DNA of 64,000 nucleotides from Escherichia coli (GTDB lineage Bacteria; Pseudomonadota; Gammaproteobacteria; Enterobacterales; Enterobacteriaceae): NCBI RefSeq assembly GCF_036507355.1, contig NZ_AP027877.1; one strand, 5' to 3'. Shown piece by piece: positions 51,501 to 63,009 of this stretch (position 1 is its first letter; each line of letters starts with the position of its first letter). The notes under the pieces were generated by a model. It saw only the letters and a program-made list of their open reading frames with translations, ran no database searches and was not told where the DNA came from. The position numbers and the translations under genes were made by a program.

Positions 51501-52952
51501 TTAAATGACGTACAGGTCGAGATACTCATTGACCGGCATCTGTTCCAGGCGAGCTCTGTCGAGAGAAACCTCCAGAATGCGCTGCTGCTGGCGAGTCGGG
51601 AACTGGCGCGCGAGATTGATTTTGAATTTATCTACCAGCTTCGGAATGCCATCCTGACGGCGGCGAGCATGACCAATGGGGTACTCCACCACCACTTCTT
51701 CAAAGCGCGTACCGTCAGTGAACTCAAGAGTAACGGCATTGGCGATGGCGCGTTTTTCCGGGTCGTGGTAGTCAGCGGTAAACGTCGGATCTTCAAAGCA
51801 ATTGATCTTCTCGCGCAGGGCGTCGATGCGTTTATCTTGCGCAACGTTGTCCTCGTAATCTGCCGCCGTTAAGCGCCCGAACAACAGCGGGATCGCCACC
51901 ATGTACTGAATGCAGTGGTCGCGGTCTGCCGGGTTATTGAGCGGCCCCTTTTTGTCGATGATGCGAATACAGGCTTCGTGGGTGCGAATGGTCACTTTTT
52001 CGATATCCGCCGCCGTTTTGCCTGCTGCCTGCATCTGTTCATAGAGCGTCATCGCTGCTTCAACTGCCGTCTGGGAGTGGAACTCCGCCGGGAAGGAGAT
52101 TTTGAACAGCACATTTTCCATCACGTAAGAACCGTACGGACGCTGGAAGCGGAACGACTCACCTTTAAAGGAGACGTCGTAGAAGCCCCACACCGGCGCA
52201 GTCAGGGCTGACGGGTAACCCATTTCGCCCGTTTTCGCCATCAGTGCCAGACGTACCGCGCGGGAAGTGGCATCGCCCGCCGCCCAGGATTTACGCGTGC
52301 CGGTGTTCGGCGCATGGCGATAGGTGCGCAGCGACTGACCGTCCACCCACGCCAGCGAAACAGCGTTGAGAATTTCCTCGCGGGTCAGGCCAAGCATTTC
52401 GGCGACCACGGCGGTGGAAGCCACTTTCACTAACAGAACGTGGTCGAGGCCGACGCGGTTAAAGGAGTTTTCCAGCGCGATGCAGCCCTGAATTTCATGA
52501 GCTTTAATCATTCCGGTCAGCACCTGTTTCATGGTCAATGGCGCTTTGCCGCTGGCGACCGCGTTGCGCGAAAGCCAGTCTGCCGTTGCCAGAATGCCGC
52601 CGAGGTTGTCGGAAGGATGGCCCCACTCTGCCGCAAGCCAGGTATCGTTGAAATCGAGCCAGCGGATCATCGCGCCGATGTTAAATGCCGCCTGGACGGG
52701 GTCGAGCTGGAACTGAGTTCCGGGGACGCGCACGCCGTTAGGTACGACGGTGCCCGGAACAATTGGCCCCAGCAGTTTTTTACAGGCCGGGTATTCGAGA
52801 GCTTCCAGACCGCAGCCGAGCGTGTCGAGCAGGCAGTAATGGGCGGTGTCGTAGGCCACTCTGGAACTGATTTCGTAGTTCATGACGTAATCGACGATAT
52901 CAACGATTTCACGATCAAATTCCGGGCGGATGTTGTTGATTTGAGCTGACAT
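51501..52952 (-). CDS. prpD: 2-methylcitrate dehydratase
   Basis: 483-aa [33 protein letters not shown]... Confidence 0.95.
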   Translation of the reverse strand: MSAQINNIRPEFDREIVDIVDYVMNYEISSRVAYDTAHYCLLDTLGCGLEALEYPACKKLLGPIVPGTVVPNGVRVPGTQFQLDPVQAAFNIGAMIRWLDFNDTWLAAEWGHPSDNLGGILATADWLSRNAVASGKAPLTMKQVLTGMIKAHEIQGCIALENSFNRVGLDHVLLVKVASTAVVAEMLGLTREEILNAVSLAWVDGQSLRTYRHAPNTGTRKSWAAGDATSRAVRLALMAKTGEMGYPSALTAPVWGFYDVSFKGESFRFQRPYGSYVMENVLFKISFPAEFHSQTAVEAAMTLYEQMQAAGKTAADIEKVTIRTHEACIRIIDKKGPLNNPADRDHCIQYMVAIPLLFGRLTAADYEDNVAQDKRIDALREKINCFEDPTFTADYHDPEKRAIANAVTLEFTDGTRFEEVVVEYPIGHARRRQDGIPKLVDKFKINLARQFPTRQQQRILEVSLDRARLEQMPVNEYLDLYVI

Positions 52953-52985
52953 TGGGTACGTTTCCTTATTGTTATTCGTAGAGGT

Positions 52986-54155
52986 TTACTGGCGCTTATC
53001 CAGCGCGACAAACGGGCGGTCTTCCGGTCCAGTGTAATTGGCGGAAGGACGGATAATTTTGTTGTCCTGACGTTGTTCGATAATGTGCGCCGCCCAGCCG
53101 GTGACGCGGGCGATAACAAACAGTGGTGTGAACATCTCGGTGGGAACGCCCATCATGTTGTAGGAAACAGCGGAGAACCAGTCGAGATTGGGGAACATCT
53201 TTTTGCTCTCCCACATCACCGTTTCCAGACGATCGGCGATGTTGTACATCTTCAGCGAGCCGCCTTCCTGCGAGAGCTGCTTCGCCACACGTTTAATCAC
53301 CTGGTGGCGCGGGTCGGCGATGGTATAAACCGGATGCCCAAAACCAATGACCACTTCTTTGTTTTCCACGCGCTTGCGGATATCTGCTTCGGCTTCGTCT
53401 GGCGTTTCGTAGCGTTGCTGGATCTCCAGCGAGACTTCATTCGCCCCGCCGTGCTTCGGCCCGCGCAGTGCACCAATCGCGCCAATAATCGCGGAATACA
53501 TATCAGAGCCAGTACCCGCAATCACACGACTGGTAAAGGTGGAGGCGTTAAACTCGTGTTCGGCGTACAGCACCAGCGAAATATGCATCGCCTTTTCCCA
53601 GCTTTGCGATGGCTTTTCGCCGTGCAGCAGATGCAGGAAGTGACCGCCGATGGAGTCGTCATCGGTTTCCGGCTGGATACGTTCGCCGTTATGGCTGTAG
53701 TGATACCAATAAAGGAGAATCGAGCTAAGTGATGCCAGCAGTTTGTCGGCAATATCCCGCGCGCCAGAGACAGTGTGCCCCTCTTTTTCTGGCAGTGTGC
53801 AGCCGAGCGCGGAAACGCCAGTGCGCATAACATCCATCGGGTGCGACGCCGCTGGTAAGGCTTCCAGCACAGTACGCACGTTAGCCGGTAAACCGCGCAG
53901 GGCTTTCAGTTTCGTTTTGTAAGCGGCGAGTTCGTCACGGGTCGGCAGTTTGCCGTGGATCAGCAGATGCGCCACTTCTTCAAATTCACAATGTTCCGCC
54001 AGATCAAGAATATCGTAACCACGGTAATGCAAGTCATTGCCACTTTTACCCACGGTGCAGAGCGCCGTATTGCCCGCCGGAACGCCAGAAAGCGCCACAG
54101 ATTTTTTCGGTTTAATGACATGGGTACTGTTTTGCAGGATCGTTGTGTCGCTCAT
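52986..54155 (-). CDS. prpC: 2-methylcitrate synthase
   Basis: 389 aa from [65 protein letters not shown]...; the track ORF extends 28 codons upstream. Confidence 0.93.
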   Translation of the reverse strand: MSDTTILQNSTHVIKPKKSVALSGVPAGNTALCTVGKSGNDLHYRGYDILDLAEHCEFEEVAHLLIHGKLPTRDELAAYKTKLKALRGLPANVRTVLEALPAASHPMDVMRTGVSALGCTLPEKEGHTVSGARDIADKLLASLSSILLYWYHYSHNGERIQPETDDDSIGGHFLHLLHGEKPSQSWEKAMHISLVLYAEHEFNASTFTSRVIAGTGSDMYSAIIGAIGALRGPKHGGANEVSLEIQQRYETPDEAEADIRKRVENKEVVIGFGHPVYTIADPRHQVIKRVAKQLSQEGGSLKMYNIADRLETVMWESKKMFPNLDWFSAVSYNMMGVPTEMFTPLFVIARVTGWAAHIIEQRQDNKIIRPSANYTGPEDRPFVALDKRQ

Positions 54156-54189
54156 GTTGTCCTCGTCATTGTTATCATTTGTAGGGTCG

Positions 54190-54290
54190 AGATTGTTGTC
54201 GGATGCGACGCCATGCGTCTTATCCGACCTACAGTTCACCCCGTAGGCCTGATAAGTCGCGTCAGCGGCGCATCAGGCATCGGTTGTCAA
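54190..54290. repeat. REP elements between prpC and prpB
   Basis: gtcggatgcgacgccatgcgtcttatccgacctac ... gtaggcctgataagtcgcgtcagcggcgcatcaggcat. Confidence 0.8.
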
Positions 54291-54310
54291 ATACAACCAA
54301 CGGGCGTTTT

Positions 54311-55201
54311 TTATTTCGCCTGGCTACGGGCAAACAGGTCGTCGAGCTTCTCTTCGTACTGGTAGTAGTTGATGCTTTCGTACAGCTCGTTGCGGGTCTG
54401 CATGGTGTCGATGACGCTTTTCTGCGTGCCTTCCTGGCGCAGGACGTTGTAGACATGTTCGGCGGCGCGGTTCATGGCGCGAAACGCTGAAAGCGGGTAC
54501 AGCGCCATCGCGACATGAGCGCTGCGTAATTCGTCGGTGGTAAACAGCGGCGTGGCGCCAAATTCGGTAATGTTGGCGAGGATTGGCACCTGCACCGCAT
54601 CGGCAAACTGGCGGTACATGGCGAGTTCGGTAATCGCCTCCGGGAACAACATCTCGGCACCCGCTTCAACATAGGCCTGCGCACGCTCGATCGCCGCATC
54701 CAGCCCCTCTACCGCCAGCGCATCGGTGCGCGCCATGATCACAAAATCAGGATCGGTTTTCGCATCCACCGCCGCGCGGATCCGATCCACCATCTCCTCT
54801 TTCGAGACGATCGCTTTATTCGGACGATGACCGCAGCGTTTCGCACCAACCTGATCTTCAATATGCAATCCTGCCGCACCAGCTTTAATCATCGATTTCA
54901 CGGTGCGCGCCACGTTAAAGGCCGAAGAACCAAAACCGATATCCGCATCCACCAGCAGCGGCAGCGAACAAACGTCGGTGATACGGCGAATGTCGGTCAG
55001 CACATCATCAAGGGTAGAAATACCGAGATCGGGCAGCCCCAGCGACCCTGCCGCCACGCCACCGCCGGAGAGATAAATTGCCTGATATCCGGCACGCTGC
55101 GCCAACAGCGCATGGTTGGCGTTAATGGTGCCAACAATCTGCAATGGATTTTCTTTAGACAGTGCAGCGCGAAACGCTTTACCTGGAGAGTGTAGAGACA
55201 T
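54311..55201 (-). CDS. prpB: 2-methylisocitrate lyase
   Basis: 296-aa [63 protein letters not shown]... Confidence 0.95.
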   Translation of the reverse strand: MSLHSPGKAFRAALSKENPLQIVGTINANHALLAQRAGYQAIYLSGGGVAAGSLGLPDLGISTLDDVLTDIRRITDVCSLPLLVDADIGFGSSAFNVARTVKSMIKAGAAGLHIEDQVGAKRCGHRPNKAIVSKEEMVDRIRAAVDAKTDPDFVIMARTDALAVEGLDAAIERAQAYVEAGAEMLFPEAITELAMYRQFADAVQVPILANITEFGATPLFTTDELRSAHVAMALYPLSAFRAMNRAAEHVYNVLRQEGTQKSVIDTMQTRNELYESINYYQYEEKLDDLFARSQAK

Positions 55202-55247
55202 AGCCCATCCTTTGTTATCAACTTGTTATTTGCGTTGATAAACACAA

Positions 55248-55263
55248 AGCAAGGGGTGTGCCA
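55248..55263 (-). promoter_or_regulatory. Sigma-54 (-24/-12) promoter of prpBCDE
   Basis: Reverse strand reads TGGCAC-ACCCC-TTGCT (consensus TGGCAC-N5-TTGCW), 47 bp upstream of the prpB start, next to the sigma-54 activator gene prpR. Confidence 0.7.
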
Positions 55264-55439
55264 CAATTGCCTTAATAAAATTAAATCTTTAATTTCAATT
55301 TGTTAGAGATAAAGTCATGAACTAATCCGCAAATATGCGTTTCAGTTAACGTTTCAGGCAATGTTTCACCGCGTTTCATTGCAACAATTATGAAACAAGG
55401 CTAAACCCAATATTCGGTTTCTTAACTTTGCGGTGCGCT

Positions 55440-57026
55440 ATGGCACATCCACCACGGCTGAATGACGACAAACCGGTTATCTGGACGGTATCTGTAACGC
55501 GCCTGTTCGAGCTGTTTCGCGATATCAGCCTCGAGTTTGATCACCTGGCGAACATTACCCCTATTCAGCTTGGCTTTGAAAAAGCAGTGACCTACATCCG
55601 CAAGAAACTGGCAAACGAACGCTGTGACGCCATCATCGCTGCTGGCTCTAACGGCGCGTACCTGAAAAGCCGCCTGTCAGTGCCAGTTATTTTGATTAAA
55701 CCGAGCGGCTACGATGTGTTACAGGCACTGGCAAAAGCCGGAAAACTCACCTCTTCTATCGGCGTTGTCACTTATCAGGAAACTATTCCGGCACTGGTGG
55801 CGTTTCAAAAAACCTTTAATTTGCGCCTCGATCAACGTAGCTACATTACCGAGGAAGACGCACGCGGGCAGATTAACGAGCTAAAAGCTAACGGCACCGA
55901 AGCGGTGGTCGGTGCGGGGCTGATTACCGATCTGGCAGAAGAAGCCGGAATGACCGGAATTTTTATCTATTCCGCCGCCACCGTGCGCCAGGCGTTCAGC
56001 GATGCGCTGGATATGACGCGCATGTCGTTACGCCATAACACTCACGATGCCACCCGCAACGCCCTGAGAACTCGTTACGTGCTGGGCGATATGCTCGGTC
56101 AATCACCACAGATGGAACAAGTACGGCAGACTATTTTGCTGTATGCCCGCTCCAGTGCAGCGGTGTTGATTGAGGGGGAAACGGGGACGGGCAAAGAGCT
56201 GGCGGCCCAGGCAATTCATCGGGAATATTTTGCCCGCCACGATGCGCGACAGGGCAAAAAGTCGCATCCGTTTGTTGCCGTCAACTGCGGGGCGATTGCC
56301 GAATCGCTGCTGGAAGCGGAGCTGTTTGGCTATGAGGAAGGGGCGTTTACCGGCTCGCGACGCGGAGGCCGCGCCGGGCTGTTCGAAATTGCCCACGGCG
56401 GTACGCTGTTTCTGGATGAGATTGGCGAAATGCCGCTACCTTTGCAGACTCGCCTGTTACGGGTGCTGGAAGAAAAAGAGGTCACCCGCGTCGGCGGGCA
56501 TCAGCCTGTTCCGGTGGATGTGCGGGTCATTAGCGCCACTCACTGCAATCTGGAAGAAGATATGCGGCAAGGGCAGTTTCGCCGTGATCTGTTTTATCGG
56601 CTGAGTATTTTGCGTCTGCAATTGCCACCACTGCGCGAGCGGGTGGCAGATATTCTGCCACTGGCGGAAAGTTTTTTGAAAGTGTCTCTGGCGGCGCTCT
56701 CCGCCCCATTTTCTGCTGCATTACGCCAGGGGTTACAGGCAAGTGAAACTGTGCTGCTGCGCTACGACTGGCCGGGCAATATTCGAGAACTGCGCAATAT
56801 GATGGAGCGACTGGCGCTGTTTTTAAGTGTGGAACCGACGCCGGATTTAACGCCGCAGTTTTTGCAGCTGCTACTGCCGGAACTGGCGCGCGAGTCGGCG
56901 AAAATTCCCGCTCCACGCTTGCTGACACCACAACAGGCACTGGAGAAATTTAAAGGCGATAAAACAGCAGCGGCGAATTATTTAGGCATCAGCCGGACGA
57001 CGTTCTGGCGGCGGCTGAAAAACTGA
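55440..57026 (+). CDS. prpR: Sigma-54-dependent activator of the prp operon
   Basis: 528 aa from [15 protein letters not shown]...; AAA+ sigma-54 interaction domain ([14 protein letters not shown]) and C-terminal HTH; the track ORF starts 4 codons upstream. Confidence 0.93.
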   Translation: MAHPPRLNDDKPVIWTVSVTRLFELFRDISLEFDHLANITPIQLGFEKAVTYIRKKLANERCDAIIAAGSNGAYLKSRLSVPVILIKPSGYDVLQALAKAGKLTSSIGVVTYQETIPALVAFQKTFNLRLDQRSYITEEDARGQINELKANGTEAVVGAGLITDLAEEAGMTGIFIYSAATVRQAFSDALDMTRMSLRHNTHDATRNALRTRYVLGDMLGQSPQMEQVRQTILLYARSSAAVLIEGETGTGKELAAQAIHREYFARHDARQGKKSHPFVAVNCGAIAESLLEAELFGYEEGAFTGSRRGGRAGLFEIAHGGTLFLDEIGEMPLPLQTRLLRVLEEKEVTRVGGHQPVPVDVRVISATHCNLEEDMRQGQFRRDLFYRLSILRLQLPPLRERVADILPLAESFLKVSLAALSAPFSAALRQGLQASETVLLRYDWPGNIRELRNMMERLALFLSVEPTPDLTPQFLQLLLPELARESAKIPAPRLLTPQQALEKFKGDKTAAANYLGISRTTFWRRLKN

Positions 57027-57123
57027 ACTGCCGAATGCAGCGCGAACGCTTTATCCGGCATAAATTTCAATAGATGATCACCGATAAACTTACGCATCGG
57101 GGATGTTTACATAGGATTCAGAA

Positions 57124-57399
57124 TTACTTCTTCTTATAAATATTTGCCGTGCCGTGGATCTTATTGTCAGTTTGACCGGAGGTCAGTACCAACACATCAG
57201 CCCCTTTTTCATCCGCTTTTTTGATCAAATCTTCTTTCGCGTCTGCGGTCGACATTTCATTGCTGGTTGAAATATCACCTATTTTTTCATATTGCGATTC
57301 GACTTTTTCAAATTCCGCTTTAGTCATCAATTCAGCGGCATAGACATTGGTAACGGCAAACGCTAACGCACCGACTAACATTTTAGAGATTATTTTCAT
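57124..57399 (-). CDS. yahO: Periplasmic DUF1471 protein YahO
   Basis: 91-aa ORF with signal peptide [21 protein letters not shown]. Confidence 0.85.
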   Translation of the reverse strand: MKIISKMLVGALAFAVTNVYAAELMTKAEFEKVESQYEKIGDISTSNEMSTADAKEDLIKKADEKGADVLVLTSGQTDNKIHGTANIYKKK

Positions 57400-57545
57400 A
57401 TTACGGCTCCAGAGTTGTTATCACACTATCACCCACCGACATTATTGGGTTGATTAATAATTAGTTCAGTCAGGGCATAAACGCCAGTAACCGGAAATAA
57501 GACACTTTGTGATCTCTCTCGCACCCGATTATTTTTGGTAGAAAT

Positions 57546-58216
57546 ATGATGAAGTTACTTCACTTATTTATGGATGAAATCACTATGGAGCCTTTGCACG
57601 CCGTTTACCTGACCGTGGGACTGTTCGTGATTACTTTTTTTAATCCGGGAGCCAATCTCTTTGTGGTAGTACAAACCAGCCTGGCTTCCGGTCGACGCGC
57701 AGGGGTGCTGACCGGGCTGGGCGTGGCGCTGGGCGATGCATTTTATTCCGGGTTGGGTTTGTTTGGTCTTGCAACGCTAATTACGCAGTGTGAGGAGATT
57801 TTTTCGCTTATCAGAATCGTCGGCGGCGCTTATCTCTTATGGTTTGCGTGGTGCAGCATGCGCCGCCAGTCAACACCGCAAATGAGCACACTACAACAAC
57901 CGATTAACGCCCCTGGTATGTCTTTTTTCGCCGTGGATTAATTACCGATCTCTCTAACCCGCAAACCGTTTTATTTTTTATTAGTATTTTCTCAGTAACA
58001 TTAAATGCCGAAACACCAACATGGGCACGTTTAATGGCCTGGGCGGGGATTGTACTCGCATCAGTTATCTGGCGAGTCTTTCTTAGTCAGGCGTTTTCTT
58101 TGCCCGCTGTGCGTCGTGCTTATGGGCGTATGCAACGCGTTGCCAGTCGGGTTATTGGTGCAATTATTGGTGTATTCGCGCTACGCCTGATTTACGAAGG
58201 GGTGACGCAGCGGTGA
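57546..58216 (+). pseudogene. yahN: LysE/RhtB-family amino-acid exporter gene yahN with a -1 frameshift
   Basis: N-terminal 131 aa (MMKLLHLFMDEITMEPLHAVYLTVGLFVITFFNPGANLF...) stop at 57939-57941; the C-terminal portion continues in the -1 frame (...LMAWAGIVLASVIWRVFLSQAFSLPAVRRAYGRMQRVASRVIGAIIGVFALRLIYEGVTQR); shift at a C4 run 57910-57913. Confidence 0.75.
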
Positions 58217-58232
58217 GCAGATAATTTACTCT

Positions 58233-58478
58233 CTACGTAATCAACCTGATTTGCCGAATCCCGACCATCGGCGATGATAGCCCCCGTAATGCGTGGTCCT
58301 TATTTCCGATAAGTTTACTTGAGTCTTTAGCTTCCCATTTCAGCCCACTCTCCCCTGTGTGGGCTTTTTTCATTGGTCTGACCCGTCCTGAATAGCCAAA
58401 CAATGGCAATGTTCCACTTTGCAGGGATGATAATAAGGGGATCTGATTCAGAAGAGTTTTGAAAAGTTGGACCGCCAT
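58233..58478 (-). CDS. yahM: Small uncharacterised protein YahM
   Basis: 81 aa from MAVQLFKTLLNQIPLLSSLQSGTLPLFGYSGRVRPMKKAHTGESG...; the track ORF has a 10-codon upstream extension. Confidence 0.7.
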   Translation of the reverse strand: MAVQLFKTLLNQIPLLSSLQSGTLPLFGYSGRVRPMKKAHTGESGLKWEAKDSSKLIGNKDHALRGLSSPMVGIRQIRLIT

Positions 58479-58890
58479 CGAGGCCTCGAACCCCGTACCA
58501 TACAACAATCCTGGTTGTCGTCTGCTCTTCCTGATGAGCTAATGGCGGTTTTTGATATGAGCCTTACAGCATATTTTCTGTCAGGCTTGAGTGCGATGCG
58601 TAAGGTACAGAAAAGACCCCACACAAACATGATGGAATTATGATTTTTTTCATATGAATGTCAACCCACACATTCACAAAACATCTGCATGAGATCATTT
58701 TTTATACACCGCATAGCTGCAAAACCACAGCTGGTGCTTTTTTAAGCGAAGCGTCGCCGATCACAACAAAATATCGGCGAAAAAGGCGGTGGAATGCCAT
58801 TTGGCATACGGATATACAGATGAAATGATTACCTGCATTGCGATTCACTCTCTGGTGGAATAACAACTTGCAGGTGGAACCCTTTCTGAA

Positions 58891-59706
58891 CTAAAGAGTG
58901 TAGCGGATTTTAACGTGCTTATTTACAGGATAATATCTGTCACCTAATTCCTGGACTCTATTAGATATCCATTCATTTAATCGCGCATCATCTCTGTATG
59001 TTTTTACGTCCAGAACAGAGAGCAATAACATCACCAGTGATTCAGGAAAAACAGGGTAGATATTTTTTAAGTGTAATAATAATCCATGCGCAAGCGCCTG
59101 CTTAATGGGCGCGTCTGTCTCCGGAATAGACGACATTTCGCGAAGCCATTTTTCCACATGCATACACTCTTTCCCTTTAGGGAAAAGTCTCAGCAAAGGC
59201 ATATGGTGTTCAAGAAGAATACATTTGCAATCTGTTCGCACTGAATCGATAAACTGCACTAATTTCTTAAGCCCGGTAAAGCGTCCAGCCTGCACATTTG
59301 CTTTAATATCAAGAAACGCATCATCCTGGTCATATACCCAAACTGTCCCTTTTTGATTTTCAAGTATGCGAAAAACAAACTTAACCGGGTGATCAGGGTA
59401 ATCCATCCAGTCATAAAATCCAGGGAAATCATTAAACTGCACATTTATGGCGAGTGCGTTATCGTCTGACCACTCACAGTCTCGTACGGCAGCCATGAGA
59501 TGAATGAGTTTGTCGTCATCGACTAAATCATCACGACAATCATAAGGATAATCATAATATTGTTTAATCAAAACCTTGAATATATCGACACAGGAAACCA
59601 GGGAGCTTTTGATATCCTCTGGTAACTGATTGTTTTTAACCGTATTAAGTATGCTTTGTTGCGTATATGGCATCAAATTATTGTGCGAAGCTTTTAATGA
59701 TATCAT
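58891..59706 (-). CDS. yahL: Uncharacterised protein YahL
   Basis: 271-aa ORF MISLKASHNNLMPYTQQSILNTVKNNQLPEDIKSSLVSCVDIFKVLIKQYYDYPYDCRDD... Confidence 0.8.
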   Translation of the reverse strand: MISLKASHNNLMPYTQQSILNTVKNNQLPEDIKSSLVSCVDIFKVLIKQYYDYPYDCRDDLVDDDKLIHLMAAVRDCEWSDDNALAINVQFNDFPGFYDWMDYPDHPVKFVFRILENQKGTVWVYDQDDAFLDIKANVQAGRFTGLKKLVQFIDSVRTDCKCILLEHHMPLLRLFPKGKECMHVEKWLREMSSIPETDAPIKQALAHGLLLHLKNIYPVFPESLVMLLLSVLDVKTYRDDARLNEWISNRVQELGDRYYPVNKHVKIRYTL

Positions 59707-59948
59707 CGCGATCTCTCTTAAATAAAAATAAACGTCGCAGATAATAAAGCTCTAATTAAACCAGGCACTATCAGAAATCGCTCATAACTAACGTGTGAAG
59801 TATTGTGTACTGGAGGGAGTTAATTTAACAATTTGAATTTACGTTATAGGTTTTACTGCTACTTTGATATTATTTCGCTCTCCTTAACTAAAAAGTTAAG
59901 TGGAGAGCGAAGTTAATATGTTAAACCACAGGGTATTTATTAATTTTT

Positions 59949-60998
59949 TCAGTCTGTTAGTGTGCGATTATCGATAACAAAACGATATTTCACATCACCA
60001 CGCAGCATTCGCTCATAGGCTTCATTAATTTGATCGGCCCGAATCATCTCTATATCAGCCACGATGCCATGTTCGGCGCAAAAATCGAGCATCTCCTGAG
60101 TTTCTGGAATGCCGCCAATCATAGAACCGGCTATCGCACGGCGTTTCATGATCAGGTTGAAAACTTCCGGCGATTTATGCGGTGTCGCAGGCGCACCAAC
60201 CAGCGTCATGGTGCCATCACGCTTCAGCAAGGTGGTAAAATCGTCGAGATTATGTGGCGCAGCTACTGTATTCAAAATGAAATCGAAACTCTTCAGATGA
60301 GCCGCCATCTCATCGGCATTGCGTGAGTTAACAACTTCATCGGCCCCCAGGGCTTTTGCCGCTTCGCGTTTTGCCTCAGAAGTGGTAAATGCCACCACAT
60401 GTGCCCCCATCGCGTGGGCCAGCTTAATCCCCATATGTCCCAGACCGCCGATGCCGACCACGCCCACTTTTTTACCCGGCCCGGCCTGCCAGTGACGTAG
60501 CGGCGAGTACGTGGTGATCCCTGCACACAACAAAGGAGCCACCGCCGCCAGCTGCTCTTGCGGGTGACGAATACGCAGAACATATCGCTCATGAACGACG
60601 ATCTGTTGTGAGTAGCCGCCCAGAGTATGGCCCGGTTCGTCCGGCGTTGGCGAGTTATAGGTGCCGGTCATGTGATCACAGTAGTTTTCCAGCCCGTCTT
60701 CACACTCTTCGCAATGTTTACAACTGTCGACAATGCAGCCGACACCGACCAGATCGCCCGGCGCATGTTTTTCTACCTGATCACCAACGGCTACCACACG
60801 CCCCACAATTTCATGACCCGGTACGCAGGGGTAAACCGTCCCCGCCCACTCGGAACGGACCTGGTGGAGATCGGAATGGCAGACGCCACAGTAAGCGATT
60901 TCGATTTTGACATCATTCGGTCCCGGTTCACGCCGGGTGATATCCATCGGTTCAAGTGGTTGTTTAGCGGAATATGCACCAACAGCTTTGATCTTCAT
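59949..60998 (-). CDS. yahK: NADPH-dependent aldehyde reductase (zinc alcohol dehydrogenase family)
   Basis: 349-aa ORF MKIKAVGAYSAKQPLEPMDITRREPGPNDVKIEIAYCGVCHSDLHQ... with GHEIVG zinc-ADH motif. Confidence 0.9.
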   Translation of the reverse strand: MKIKAVGAYSAKQPLEPMDITRREPGPNDVKIEIAYCGVCHSDLHQVRSEWAGTVYPCVPGHEIVGRVVAVGDQVEKHAPGDLVGVGCIVDSCKHCEECEDGLENYCDHMTGTYNSPTPDEPGHTLGGYSQQIVVHERYVLRIRHPQEQLAAVAPLLCAGITTYSPLRHWQAGPGKKVGVVGIGGLGHMGIKLAHAMGAHVVAFTTSEAKREAAKALGADEVVNSRNADEMAAHLKSFDFILNTVAAPHNLDDFTTLLKRDGTMTLVGAPATPHKSPEVFNLIMKRRAIAGSMIGGIPETQEMLDFCAEHGIVADIEMIRADQINEAYERMLRGDVKYRFVIDNRTLTD

Positions 60999-61084
60999 TG
61001 TGTTTACTCCTGATTAGCTATGTGTATTTGGCGACGCCTGATATGTCATCGCGGCAAAACGCGTCCATTGAATATAGCCAATAT

Positions 61085-62041
61085 TTAAACCACCCGATCC
61101 AGCCCCAACATGCCGCGAGCCTGAATGAAACAGAGCAGCAACGTTCCCCATAAGGCCATCGTCAGGTAGGGGCTTATACCGAGAATATTGAAGCCGCTTT
61201 CAATAATTTGCAGAAGAAACAGCGCCAGCACCATACCAATTATCCGCCCGCTGCCGCCGTCCGGATTAACCCCGCCGAGTACTGCCGCGAGGATTGACAC
61301 CAGCAAGTACGATTCGCCATAAGAGGCCTTAGCCGAGTTGAGTTTCGACATCATCAAAAATGCCGCTACCGCACAAAGCAAGGCGGAAATGACATAAACC
61401 CAAATCAGCACCCGACGAGTGTTAATGCCGGAGTAAAGTGTTGCTCGTTCGTTAGACCCAATCAGGTAAATGGCTTTACCGAGCGGCGTTTTCTCCAGCA
61501 ATATCCATAGCCCCAGTGCCACTGCGGCAAACAACCACATCGGTAGCGGAATACCGAACCATTGCGCATGATTCAACCACAGCACCCATGAGGGATAATT
61601 GGCAATGGCGCTACCACCTGTCACCAGAATATTTATCCCTTTGAGCAACGTCATCATCCCAAGCGTTGCAAGAATTGGCGACACTCGAATACCAGCAATC
61701 AATACGCCGTTACATAAACCGATTATCACCGCCGCGCCAGCGCCCGCCAGTAACGTAGCGACAACCGTAGCAATACCCGGTGGATACTGAGTCGCCACCC
61801 ACGCCATCACAAGTGAACAGGCGTTAGCAGTGGCTATAATTGACAAGTTAATGCCACCGCAAAGCATGGTCACCGCCATAGCCAACGCCAGAATGCCCAG
61901 CACGGGCATTTGCGAAGCGACGGACTGGAAATTACTTATCGACCAGAAAATCTCCGGCATAGTAATGCTGAACGCGGCAACAGTTAGCACCAGCAGGCCG
62001 ATCAAGTAAAACTCAACGTTATTACGCCACGATTTTTTCAT
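61085..62041 (-). CDS. Sugar ABC transporter permease (RbsC/AraH-like), downstream copy
   Basis: About 318 aa from MKKSWRNNVEFYLIGLLVLTVAAFSITMPEIF...; polytopic; start codon overlaps the stop of the upstream permease gene. Confidence 0.8.
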   Translation of the reverse strand: MKKSWRNNVEFYLIGLLVLTVAAFSITMPEIFWSISNFQSVASQMPVLGILALAMAVTMLCGGINLSIIATANACSLVMAWVATQYPPGIATVVATLLAGAGAAVIIGLCNGVLIAGIRVSPILATLGMMTLLKGINILVTGGSAIANYPSWVLWLNHAQWFGIPLPMWLFAAVALGLWILLEKTPLGKAIYLIGSNERATLYSGINTRRVLIWVYVISALLCAVAAFLMMSKLNSAKASYGESYLLVSILAAVLGGVNPDGGSGRIIGMVLALFLLQIIESGFNILGISPYLTMALWGTLLLCFIQARGMLGLDRVV

Positions 62042-63009
62042 AGCAGACTCCGGTTCTGATGCTGACTCCACGCCGTGGCACTAATGCTGGCAACGATGAT
62101 GATGCCGGTGATCAATGTTTGCCAGTAAGACGAGACTCCCAATAAATTTAGCCCGTTTTGCATCACTGCCAACAACACCACGCCGAGCAAAGTACCGGTT
62201 AACGTGCCGCGCCCGCCGAGCAAACTAGTGCCGCCAAGCACCACCGCAGCCAGTACTGTCAGCTCATAACCCAGAAGAGAATCGGGGGCGACAGTCATCA
62301 CCGTCCACGACTGCACTACACCCGCAGCGCCAGACATCAATCCCATATAGCCATAGACGAAAAGTTGCAGTTTCAGCACGCTAAAGCCGATGCGACTGGC
62401 TGATTCGCGGTTCCCGCCAAGGGCATAAATTTTGCGCCCTACACTGGTGAAATTCATGATAAACGCTGTTAGCAGCACCACCGTAATCATGGCGATCAGC
62501 GGCAAACCAAGGCCATAGTCATAGCCATCAGCATCGGTGTACTTGAACAACATAACCCCCTGCTCAAACCACGGCGGAAAGTCGTACAGCCACACACCTT
62601 TACTCAGCCATAACAGCAGGCCATAGAAAATATTCAGCGTCGAGATAGTGATGATGATAGAAGGCACCCGTAGGCGATTAACCAGTAAGGCGTTAATTAA
62701 GCCAAGTAAAATGCCGATGCAGCCCGCCAGTGCAAACGCGACAGCGAAGTTGCCACCAATTTTTTGCAGCAACAGCACCATGCCGTATTGCGCAATGATG
62801 GTCATTGCTGGAAACGAAATATCAATTCCACCGGAAATCAACACCACAAACAAACCACAGGCGAGAATAGTCAACATGGCATAGTTATTGGCGAGATCGT
62901 ACAAATTACCGAATGTCAGAAACTCGTCGCTGCGCCAGGCAAGGCCAACAAACAGCACCACAATCAGTAATGCCAGCCAGAATTCATGGCTTTTTTTCAG
63001 TTCAGCCAT
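62038..63009 (-). CDS. Sugar ABC transporter permease (RbsC/AraH-like), upstream copy
   Basis: 323-aa polytopic ORF MAELKKSHEFWLALLIVVLFVGLAWRSDEFLTFGNLYDLANNYAMLTILACGLFVVLISGGIDISFPAMT... Confidence 0.8.
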   Translation of the reverse strand: MAELKKSHEFWLALLIVVLFVGLAWRSDEFLTFGNLYDLANNYAMLTILACGLFVVLISGGIDISFPAMTIIAQYGMVLLLQKIGGNFAVAFALAGCIGILLGLINALLVNRLRVPSIIITISTLNIFYGLLLWLSKGVWLYDFPPWFEQGVMLFKYTDADGYDYGLGLPLIAMITVVLLTAFIMNFTSVGRKIYALGGNRESASRIGFSVLKLQLFVYGYMGLMSGAAGVVQSWTVMTVAPDSLLGYELTVLAAVVLGGTSLLGGRGTLTGTLLGVVLLAVMQNGLNLLGVSSYWQTLITGIIIVASISATAWSQHQNRSLL

